DNA of 64,000 bases from an uncultured Calditrichaceae bacterium. Lineage in GTDB: Bacteria; Calditrichota; Calditrichia; RBG-13-44-9; J075. Each line of letters begins with the position of its first letter. Position 1 is the first letter of the stretch. The stretch is from assembly GCA_964522165.1 (NCBI GenBank), contig CAZFVV010000003.1, forward strand, positions 6,908 through 70,907. Reading direction: 5' to 3'. The notes under the pieces were generated by a model. That model was not told where the DNA came from, did no database searches, and saw only the letters and a list, made by a program, of their open reading frames with translations. Of this stretch, positions 56,202-64,000 are shown in pieces. The position numbers and the translations under genes were made by a program.

Positions 56202-59186
56202 ATGTTTTTGCGATTAATGAGCGTCTTTTTCGTAGCCGCGTTGCAAGGGCTTCTGCTTGCCCAGCCGGTCATTACGATTAAAGACGGCGATATCAACGCC
56301 GGCCAGAGCGTTACCTGGACGTCCGACAACGCGTACTTGTTGGATGGCCTGGTGTTCGTAGAAGACGGCGCGACCCTTACCATTCAAGCCGGAACCGTGG
56401 TCAAAGGCAAAGAAGTGCCCACCACCGGCGACAACACCAGCGCCCTGATCATCGCCAGGGGCGGGAAAATCTACGCCCTCGGCACCGCCACCCAGCCGGT
56501 AATTTTCACCGCGGAGAGCGACGACGTAAGCGATCCGAACGATTTAACCCTGAACGACCGGGGTTTGTGGGGCGGGTTGATCCTGTTAGGTTACGCGGAG
56601 ATCAATACCACCACCGGGGTGGGGCAAATCGAAGGGATTCCCTCCACGGAACCTCGCGGCTCTTACGGCGGCGGCCACGTTAGCCCCAATGACGACGATA
56701 ACTCCGGGGTGGTGCGCTACGTTTCCATCCGCCACGGGGGCAGCGAGATCGGGGCCGGCAACGAGATCAACGGATTGACGTTAGGCGGGGTCGGTCGCGG
56801 CACCACCATCGAATACGTGGAAGTGTATAGCAACTTAGACGACGGTTTCGAGTGGTTCGGGGGCACGGTGAACTGCAAGTACCTGGTGTCGGCCTTTGTG
56901 GGCGACGATGATTTCGATTACGACGAAGGTTACCGGGGCAAAGGGCAGTTCTGGTTTGGGATCAAAGACGTGTTAGTCGGCGGCGGCCGGGTGGCGGAGC
57001 AAGACGGGGGCACCGAGCCGGAAGACGGCCAGCCCTATGCCATCCCGCTGATTTCCAACGTGACCTACTTGGGCGCGGGGGCGGGCAATACTCCGCAGGG
57101 CGACGGCGCGGAGCTGATGATTTTCCGCGATAACGCCGGGGGCAAGTATTACAACAGCATTTTCACTGATTACAACGGCGCGAACGGGGGGAAGGGAATC
57201 ACCGTGGAAGATTTGGCCAGCGGGGAAGACAGCCGGGCGCGGTTGGAGGCGGGGCAGTTGGTGCTGAACAACAACATCTGGTGGAACTTTGCGGCGGGGA
57301 ACGGATTGAGCCAGTTTGCGCCGCAGCAGTTCGTGGCCGACCATTTGGCGGCGAATAACAACCAGATCGTGGACCCGCAGATCAACAGCGTCAGCCGGGC
57401 GCAGAACGGGCAGTTGGACCCCCGTCCCAACGCTTCCGGCCCTGCCGCCAGCGGCGCGACGCCGGTAAACGATCCCTTCTTCACCCCGGTCAGCTACTAC
57501 GGCGCGTTCAATCCCGGCGCACCCCTGTGGACTTCCGGCTGGACCGCGCTCTACGATGAGGAAATCATCTCCCAGACCATCACCATTCAGGATAATTTTA
57601 TCAATCCCGGCGAGAGCAAAGCCCTCACTGCCAATAACGTGTACCTGTTAGACGGCCTGGTGTTCGTGGAAGACGGCGCCATCCTCACCATCGAAGCCGG
57701 AACGGTGATCAAGGGCAAAGAAGTGCCCACCACCGGCGACAACACCAGCGCCCTGATCATTGCCCGGGGCGGGAAAATCTACGCCGAAGGCACCCAGAAT
57801 TACCCGATTATCTTCACCGCGGAGAGCGACGACGTAAGCGATCCGAACGATTTGACCCTGAACGACCGGGGTCTGTGGGGCGGTTTGATCCTGTTGGGCT
57901 ACGCGGAGATCAATACCACCATCGGGGTGGGGCAGATCGAAGGGATTCCCTCCACGGAACCGCGCGGCGCTTACGGCGGGGGCCACGTTAGCCCCAATGA
58001 CGACGATAACTCCGGGGTGGTGCGCTACGTTTCCATCCGCCACGGGGGCAGCGAGATCGGGGCCGGCAACGAGATCAACGGATTGACGTTAGGCGGGGTC
58101 GGTCGCGGCACCACCATCGAATACGTGGAAGTGTATAGCAACTTAGACGACGGTTTCGAGTGGTTCGGGGGCACGGTGAACTGCAAGTACCTGGTGTCGG
58201 CCTTTGTGGGCGACGATGATTTCGATTACGACGAAGGTTACCGGGGCAAAGGGCAGTTCTGGTTTGGGATCAAAGACGTGTTAGTCGGCGGCGGCCGGGT
58301 GGCGGAGCAAGACGGGGGCACCGAGCCGGAAGACGGCCAGCCCTATGCCATCCCGCTGATTTCCAACGTGACCTACTTGGGCGCGGGGGCGGGCAATACT
58401 CCGCAGGGCGACGGCGCGGAGCTGATGATTTTCCGCGATAACGCCGGGGGCAAGTATTACAACAGCATTTTCACTGATTACAACGGCGCGAACGGGGGGA
58501 AGGGAATCACCGTGGAAGATTTGGCCAGCGGGGAAGACAGCCGGGCGCGGTTGGAGGCGGGGCAGTTGGTGCTGAACAACAACATCTGGTGGAACTTTGC
58601 GGCGGGGAACGGATTGAGCCAGTTTGCGCCGCAGCAGTTCGTGGCCGACCATTTGGCGGCGAATAACAACCAGATCGTGGACCCGCAGATCAACAGCGTC
58701 AGCCGGGCGCAGAACGGGCAGTTGGACCCCCGTCCCAACGCTTCCGGCCCTGCCGCCAGCGGCGCGACGCCGGTAAACGATCCCTTCTTCACCCCGGTCA
58801 GCTACTACGGCGCGTTCGACCCCAACGCCCCGGTGCTCTGGACGAATCGTTGGACCGCTTTGAACGGGGAAAGGGTGACCGGCATTAAAGACCGGCAGTT
58901 GGATGGCAACGGGCTGGCTCCCAATGCCTTCGCCCTCAGCCAGAACTATCCCAATCCCTTCAACCCCAGCACCAACATTCGCTACAGCCTGCCGCGGGCG
59001 ACCAACGTGAAGATTACGGTTTATAACCTGCGCGGGCAGTTAGTAGCGACGCTGGTGGACGGATACCGGGCCGCCGGCGAGTACCTGGTAACCTGGAACG
59101 CCGCCAACCTGGCCAGCGGGGTATATTTCTACCGCCTGGAAGCGCCGGGGACGGTGGAAACCCGCAAAATGATGCTGCTGCGTTGA
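56202..59186 (+). CDS. secreted protein with an internally duplicated ~436-aa module and T9SS C-terminal sorting domain
   Basis: 994 aa; signal peptide; two tandem modules (residues ~23-458 and ~459-894); C-terminus NYPNPFNPSTNIRYSL...VYFYRLEA...KMMLLR. Confidence 0.6.
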   Translation: MFLRLMSVFFVAALQGLLLAQPVITIKDGDINAGQSVTWTSDNAYLLDGLVFVEDGATLTIQAGTVVKGKEVPTTGDNTSALIIARGGKIYALGTATQPVIFTAESDDVSDPNDLTLNDRGLWGGLILLGYAEINTTTGVGQIEGIPSTEPRGSYGGGHVSPNDDDNSGVVRYVSIRHGGSEIGAGNEINGLTLGGVGRGTTIEYVEVYSNLDDGFEWFGGTVNCKYLVSAFVGDDDFDYDEGYRGKGQFWFGIKDVLVGGGRVAEQDGGTEPEDGQPYAIPLISNVTYLGAGAGNTPQGDGAELMIFRDNAGGKYYNSIFTDYNGANGGKGITVEDLASGEDSRARLEAGQLVLNNNIWWNFAAGNGLSQFAPQQFVADHLAANNNQIVDPQINSVSRAQNGQLDPRPNASGPAASGATPVNDPFFTPVSYYGAFNPGAPLWTSGWTALYDEEIISQTITIQDNFINPGESKALTANNVYLLDGLVFVEDGAILTIEAGTVIKGKEVPTTGDNTSALIIARGGKIYAEGTQNYPIIFTAESDDVSDPNDLTLNDRGLWGGLILLGYAEINTTIGVGQIEGIPSTEPRGAYGGGHVSPNDDDNSGVVRYVSIRHGGSEIGAGNEINGLTLGGVGRGTTIEYVEVYSNLDDGFEWFGGTVNCKYLVSAFVGDDDFDYDEGYRGKGQFWFGIKDVLVGGGRVAEQDGGTEPEDGQPYAIPLISNVTYLGAGAGNTPQGDGAELMIFRDNAGGKYYNSIFTDYNGANGGKGITVEDLASGEDSRARLEAGQLVLNNNIWWNFAAGNGLSQFAPQQFVADHLAANNNQIVDPQINSVSRAQNGQLDPRPNASGPAASGATPVNDPFFTPVSYYGAFDPNAPVLWTNRWTALNGERVTGIKDRQLDGNGLAPNAFALSQNYPNPFNPSTNIRYSLPRATNVKITVYNLRGQLVATLVDGYRAAGEYLVTWNAANLASGVYFYRLEAPGTVETRKMMLLR
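56268..58883 (+). repeat. direct tandem duplication, 2 x 1308 bp, with a ~0.9-1.0 kb near-identical core
   Basis: Minus-strand ORFs at 56973-57344 and 58281-58652 (and 57170-57484 / 58478-58792) are identical, giving an offset of exactly 1308 bp; only a few synonymous differences occur near the 5' ends of the units. Confidence 0.85.
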
Positions 59187-59525
59187 AATCCGGAAGATTT
59201 TATCTCCCGATGGGGGTAGAAACCCGGTAAAATTGCTCAATAAATGCGCCAGTTTGAAATTCTCCCGTAACAAACGGAGGCGGCGTTTCCTCAGGAAGCG
59301 CCGCCTCTGGTGTTTTGAGGCCCGCCCATACCGGCGTAAGGCGTACTTCGCGCGGCCATCAAATGCGTATTTCACCGCTGCCGGGCTGCTTCTTCTTCCC
59401 CCGGGTAATTTTTTTTGCGAAAAACCCTCCGATTGGTTAATTTCACGCAAACAATGGTCCCCCTTAATAGAGAGCGGGCGTTGTTGAGAATTTTAGCACC
59501 GGTAGCCATTACGAAGGAGTGAACC

Positions 59526-60152
59526 ATGAAAATGCGCAACGTGTTATGGACCTGGGCGTTCCTGGCCGGGGGTTTCCTGGCCGCGCAGGATAAGTGGGAC
59601 CTGGATAAAGCCCATTCTTCGGTCAGCTTCGAAGCGGAGCATATCGTGATGCTCCAGGAAGCGCAGGAAAATGAGGGAGAATTTCTCCTGGGAGCCACCC
59701 ACGGCGCCTTCAAGGATTTTGATATCACCTTTACCCAGGGGCGCAGCGATTTCTCCGATAGCCGGGTGGAAGCGGTCATCCGGGTGAACAGCATCGACAC
59801 CGGGCATGAATTGCGCGACGGGCATTTGAAATCGGAAAGCTTCTTTTACATGAATAAGTACCCCGTGATCGTTTTCAAAAGCGATTCCTTCGAGAAAACC
59901 GGGGAAAACACCTTCAAAATCAGCGGCGACCTGACCATGCGAGGGGTCACCAAGCCGGTCGAGATGATTGCCACGCTCACCGGGGAGCCGGTAGAGCGGT
60001 CCGGTTACCAGTTCATCTCGATCACCGCAACCGGGAAATTGAACCGTTACGATTACGGCCTGCGCTGGAACGAGGTGATGGAAACCGGGGGATTCCGCAT
60101 CTCCAACTATATTAAATTCTCCATCCAGGGGAATTTTATGAAGAAGAAATAG
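59526..60152 (+). CDS. YceI-family periplasmic polyisoprenoid-binding protein
   Basis: 208 aa; signal peptide; YceI-like beta-barrel signature (WDLDKAHSSVSFEAEH...GATHGAFKDFDI...). Confidence 0.75.
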   Translation: MKMRNVLWTWAFLAGGFLAAQDKWDLDKAHSSVSFEAEHIVMLQEAQENEGEFLLGATHGAFKDFDITFTQGRSDFSDSRVEAVIRVNSIDTGHELRDGHLKSESFFYMNKYPVIVFKSDSFEKTGENTFKISGDLTMRGVTKPVEMIATLTGEPVERSGYQFISITATGKLNRYDYGLRWNEVMETGGFRISNYIKFSIQGNFMKKK

Positions 60153-60218
60153 GAAGGGTCATCCGCATTCCCGGGGTGCAAAACTGAAGCTTTACACCCC
60201 GGCCGGGTCTAAAAACCG

Positions 60219-60251
60219 CAACCCCGGCTGCGTTCATGCAGCCGGGGTTGC
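60219..60251 (-). terminator. stem-loop terminator between convergent genes (serves the minus-strand cargo gene)
   Basis: aaccccggctgc-gttcat-gcagccggggtt; the minus-strand continuation is GCGGTTTTTAG. Confidence 0.5.
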
Positions 60252-60372
60252 TTCAGGCATTCTCCCCGTCCCACCGAAAGATGTTTACGGATGAAGCGTA
60301 AAAGGTAATTTCACGCATCACGTTTTCGCATTACGGAACACGGAATGCGTATTTCGTATTGCGTATTCCGTT

Positions 60373-63300
60373 TCACTTCAGGAGCATCATCTTCTGCACT
60401 TTGCTAAACGATCCCGCTTTGAGCACATAGACGTACATTCCCGAGGCCAGGTGCGAAGCGTCGAAGGAAACCGCGTGCCGCCCGGCTTCCCGGCGCCCGT
60501 TGACCAGTTCCGCCACCTTCTGCCCTAAGATGTTATAGACCGCCAGGCTCACCTCGCTGGCTTCCGGCAGGTCGTAGCGGATGGTCGTGGCCGGGTTGAA
60601 GGGGTTGGGATAATTAGCATGCAGATCGAACCGTTCCGGCAGGTCTTCAAAACTCCACAGGATCGGCTGCTGCCCGTCGCCTTTATAGAGGATATTCCCT
60701 GGGGGCACAATGTTCTTGGCTATTTTCTGTTGCAAGTTAACCTTTTCAGCCAGGTTCTTTGCCAGTTCGTCGTTGGAAGTAGTGTTATCCGTCAACAATA
60801 TAGAGACATAGGTCAGCACGTCCCCGGCGGTGCGATTGTCTTTGGTGACCACGGTGTACTGGCCGATCTTCAAAGAAGCGAAGTTCAGCACCAGCGCGGC
60901 CAACTGCTGCCGGGCGCGTTTCCACATCGGTGTATTGCCTTTAACGCTCAACATATCGTGCCACTCTTCAAAAGTGGTTTTTCCGGCAAAGATGTTGAAA
61001 TGCGGTGTATAGTGTTGATGCACCAGATCAATATAATCGTAGAGATCCTGCTCGCTCTCCTGGGCGTGGCCGCAGCCGCTGAGATGCACGTCAAACTGGT
61101 GTTTCCAGTAGCCCATGCTGCGGGCCTGGTTGCAGATTACTTCTTTCGTCAGGATGAAATTTAGCGCGCCCGGGCAACCGGCGTTCAAATCCACCTCTTT
61201 GGGATTTTCATTTGCCGAATAACCTAACGGCTCCACGATCATCACCTGGTAGCTATCCGCGGGAACATCGCTGAATTCATAATTTCCCTGGGCGTTGGTG
61301 AGTTGGTCCGGGAAGGCGGGTAGCGGCATGCCATCCTTATCTAACAGCTTCACGGTCACGTTCGCCAGGCCGTTTCCGTTTACCTTTACTCTTCCGGAAA
61401 TATCGCAAAAAGTTTGCTGGCTGACGCCATGCCCGCTAACCAATACGGAATCCAACTCGCAGGAAGCGTCATGCTCGAAGAATATCTTCCCGCTGAAGGT
61501 TCCGGCTGCGCCGGGCGCAAACTGAATCGTGAAAGTCGCGTTTCCGCTGGCGGCAATGGTTGTCGGATCGTTTGGCGTTACCGTAAAGTTGGGATCATTG
61601 GAAGTCGCCGCGCTAACAGTTAGAACCGCATTACCCGAATTCGACACTTCCACAACCTGGGTGGCGTTGCCGCCGGGATTCACGCTGCCAAAATTCAGGC
61701 TGGAAGGAGACAGCGCGAATAGTTGGTAGTTGACCGGGTTGCTGAATTTGAACGCTTCGCCCAAATCGCCGACGATGAAGCCTTGCCCGGCAATGATCTC
61801 GATATCTTCCAACAGCAGGCCGATTTCGATATCCACCGGCGTCCAGGTGTCGCCGCAATCTTCGGTCTTCAACACCGTGCCGTCCTCGCCCACGCAGTAA
61901 GCGATTTTGGGGCTGACCACTTTGCAGGCCTTCATATCTACCGTTACCCCGCTGGCGAGCGGTTCCCAGGTCAACCCGCCGTTGCGGGTGCGGCAAATGA
62001 TCCCGCCGGCGCCCACAATGTAACCGAAGTTCTCATTCACAAAAGCGCAGGCATAGAAGGTATTTATGACCGTAGGCCCAGGATTCACCGGAACCCAGCC
62101 GCCGTTCACGTATTTGCACACCGTACCGTTTTCCCCGACCGCATAGGCCGTCGTGCCGATAGCATACACGCCGTAGAAAGTAATGTTTACGCCGGTGGTT
62201 TGGAGCGTCCAGACACTTCCGTTGTAGATGTAGATGGTTCCGACGCTGCCTACCACCCAACCCAGGCTGGCGCTGATGAAGGAGGCGTCATAGAAAGTCA
62301 CCGTAGTGTCGGGGCTGTAAACGGAACAACTCTGCCCGAAATCATCGGTGTGGCAGATATGCCCTTTGCTGCCGAACCCGAACAGGCGATTGCCCGCAAA
62401 CCGCACTGCGTGCAGGTTGACGCCGGGATCGGTGATCTGGAGCGTCCAGTTCGCCCCGCCGTCGGTGGTTAATAGTACCCGGCCGCCGTAGCCGACCACG
62501 CTGCCTTGCATCGCATTGATGAAGGAGACCCCGATCAGGCGGGTGGAAACTCCGGTGTTCAGCGCCGTGTAGGCGGAAGAAACCGCGGTTCCGCTTACCG
62601 CCAGGGCAGAAGCAATACAGTCGCCGTCGTGGGTAAAGCTGATGCTGGCGCTGGCCGTACCGGTAACCGTGGGGCTGAAGGTAATGCTGAAGACCTGGCT
62701 GGTCCCGGCGCTTACCACCGCGCTGGCCGGAGAAATGGTGAATTCGGGATTATCCGAAGCGATGGAAGAAATATCCAGATCGATGGTTCCATCGTTGGTG
62801 ACGGTGATGCTGCCGGCGCTGGTGGAGCCTACGCTGGCGGTTTCCACTGCCAGCGTGTCGCCGGAAAGCGCAAACAATTGGTAATTGGCGATGGTGGAGT
62901 TGCTGAATTTGAACGCCTCGCCTAAGTCGCCGACGATGAAGCCCTGCCCGTTGGCGATGTCAATATCTTCTAAAATGAGATTCAGATCGATATTCACCTG
63001 CGTCCAGGTCTCCCCGCAGTCAACCGTTTGCAGCACCACCCCGTCGTCGCCTAAGCAGTAGGCCACCTTGGGGCTGATGATCTTGCAGGCGCGCAGGTTC
63101 ACGTTTACCCCGCTGTTCAGCGCCACCCAGGTCGCCCCGCCGTCGCGGGTGCGGCAAATAGTCCCATTTTCGCCCACCGCGTAGCCGCACTTCGGGTTCA
63201 CGAACGCCACCCCGTAAAAGGTGACGTTGGTATTGCTGGTCTGCGGAACCCAAACCCCGCCAACATATTTGCAGATGGTTCCCAGTTCGCCCACCGCATA

Positions 63301-64000
63301 GGCCGTGGTTCCGATGGCGTGAACGCCATAGAACGTGACCGTGGTGTTGGTCACCTGCGGCGTCCAGCCGGTTCCGTTGTAGATGCAGATCGTTCCGTTA
63401 CCGCCCACTGCCCAGCCCAGGCTGAGGTTGATGAAGGAGGCGGAGTAAAAAGCCACCGTGGTGTTGGTGGTGTAGGAATAATAGCTCGCGCCAAAATCAT
63501 CGGTATGGTAGATGTGCCCGCCGCTGCCGATAAAGAAAGCGCGATTGCCGACAAATTTTACCCCGTGCAGATGGCAGCCGCAATTAATATGCGCCGGTGT
63601 CCAGGTACTTCCACCGTTGCCGGTAAACAGCACCGTACCGTCGTATCCCGCCGCACATCCCTGCAAGGGGTTGATGAAAGAAACCCCGGTCAGCCGCGCG
63701 TTCACGCCGGTATTCAAAATGGTGTATGCAGAAGAAATTGCGGTTCCGCTCACCGCTAACAGGGCGGGCGCGCAGTCGCCGTCATGGGTGAATGTAATTG
63801 TTGCGCTGGCCGGGCCGGTGGCGGTGGGGTTGAAGGCGATCTCGAACACCTGGCTGCCGCCCCCGCTGATGGTTGCGCTGGCCGGGGAGACCGTGAACAT
63901 GGAGTTATCGGAAGTCGCCGAAGAAATCTCTAACGGCGCGGTGCCATCATTGGTCACGGTTACGCTTCCGAGGGAGTTGGAACCGACGCTGGCCGCTCCT
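60373..64000 (-). CDS. very large secreted protein with repeated Ig-like plus Ycf48/BNR-like beta-propeller modules and T9SS C-terminal domain; N-terminus lies outside the window
   Basis: More than 1194 aa; internally repeated (...SPASATISGGGSQVFEIAFNPTATGPASATITFTHDGDC... vs ...SPASAVVSAGTSQVFSITFSPTVTGTASASISFTHDGDC...); repeated GGxTWT propeller blades; C-terminus HANYPNPFNPATTIRY...MYVYVLKA...KMMLLK. Confidence 0.65.
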   Translation of the reverse strand, partial: GAASVGSNSLGSVTVTNDGTAPLEISSATSDNSMFTVSPASATISGGGSQVFEIAFNPTATGPASATITFTHDGDCAPALLAVSGTAISSAYTILNTGVNARLTGVSFINPLQGCAAGYDGTVLFTGNGGSTWTPAHINCGCHLHGVKFVGNRAFFIGSGGHIYHTDDFGASYYSYTTNTTVAFYSASFINLSLGWAVGGNGTICIYNGTGWTPQVTNTTVTFYGVHAIGTTAYAVGELGTICKYVGGVWVPQTSNTNVTFYGVAFVNPKCGYAVGENGTICRTRDGGATWVALNSGVNVNLRACKIISPKVAYCLGDDGVVLQTVDCGETWTQVNIDLNLILEDIDIANGQGFIVGDLGEAFKFSNSTIANYQLFALSGDTLAVETASVGSTSAGSITVTNDGTIDLDISSIASDNPEFTISPASAVVSAGTSQVFSITFSPTVTGTASASISFTHDGDCIASALAVSGTAVSSAYTALNTGVSTRLIGVSFINAMQGSVVGYGGRVLLTTDGGANWTLQITDPGVNLHAVRFAGNRLFGFGSKGHICHTDDFGQSCSVYSPDTTVTFYDASFISASLGWVVGSVGTIYIYNGSVWTLQTTGVNITFYGVYAIGTTAYAVGENGTVCKYVNGGWVPVNPGPTVINTFYACAFVNENFGYIVGAGGIICRTRNGGLTWEPLASGVTVDMKACKVVSPKIAYCVGEDGTVLKTEDCGDTWTPVDIEIGLLLEDIEIIAGQGFIVGDLGEAFKFSNPVNYQLFALSPSSLNFGSVNPGGNATQVVEVSNSGNAVLTVSAATSNDPNFTVTPNDPTTIAASGNATFTIQFAPGAAGTFSGKIFFEHDASCELDSVLVSGHGVSQQTFCDISGRVKVNGNGLANVTVKLLDKDGMPLPAFPDQLTNAQGNYEFSDVPADSYQVMIVEPLGYSANENPKEVDLNAGCPGALNFILTKEVICNQARSMGYWKHQFDVHLSGCGHAQESEQDLYDYIDLVHQHYTPHFNIFAGKTTFEEWHDMLSVKGNTPMWKRARQQLAALVLNFASLKIGQYTVVTKDNRTAGDVLTYVSILLTDNTTSNDELAKNLAEKVNLQQKIAKNIVPPGNILYKGDGQQPILWSFEDLPERFDLHANYPNPFNPATTIRYDLPEASEVSLAVYNILGQKVAELVNGRREAGRHAVSFDASHLASGMYVYVLKAGSFSKVQKMMLLK

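Noticed and set aside
56973-58792. Identical minus-strand ORF pairs 56973-57344 / 58281-58652 and 57170-57484 / 58478-58792
   Set aside because: They are antisense shadow ORFs of the duplicated coding modules on the plus strand. Their identity simply reflects the 1308-bp tandem duplication.

Overview
This 64-kb window is high-GC (roughly 58-60%) bacterial chromosome with hallmarks of the Bacteroidota/FCB radiation. At least five proteins end in a T9SS (Por) C-terminal sorting domain (...NYPNPFNPST...KMxLLK/R). There is a SusC-type TonB-dependent receptor and an UpxY-like NusG paralog. Housekeeping genes (glnS 3' end, gltX, ddl, pcrA, tgt) alternate with secreted T9SS cargo, two-component systems and a P-type ATPase.

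The standout region is an accessory island at about 33.5-39.4 kb carrying a complete diversity-generating retroelement (DGR). A 1028-aa target protein has a transmembrane N-terminus, a NACHT/STAND NTPase and a C-terminal FGE-sulfatase/C-type-lectin fold domain, with the variable repeat (VR) at its last ~40 codons. Downstream lie an Avd-like accessory gene, a template repeat (TR) and a DGR-type reverse transcriptase with the IGNxxSQ and YVDD motifs. Across ~121 aligned bp, 17 of 18 VR/TR mismatches fall at TR adenines, mostly in AAC codons.

The cassette is bracketed and internally punctuated by eight copies of a 33-bp perfect palindrome (AGACCTCAAAGGTTT-N4-AAACCTTTGAGGTCT). It sits beside a decayed IS200-like Y1/RAYT-type transposase gene that contains one of these hairpins in-frame plus a -1 frameshift.

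Other notable structures: a phased GTCATT/AATGAC palindromic array after glnS; a MITE-like element splitting a histidine kinase/response regulator pair; a near-perfect 1308-bp tandem duplication inside a T9SS cargo gene; 7-bp tandem repeats; and several short intergenic motif families. No rRNA, tRNA or CRISPR was seen.
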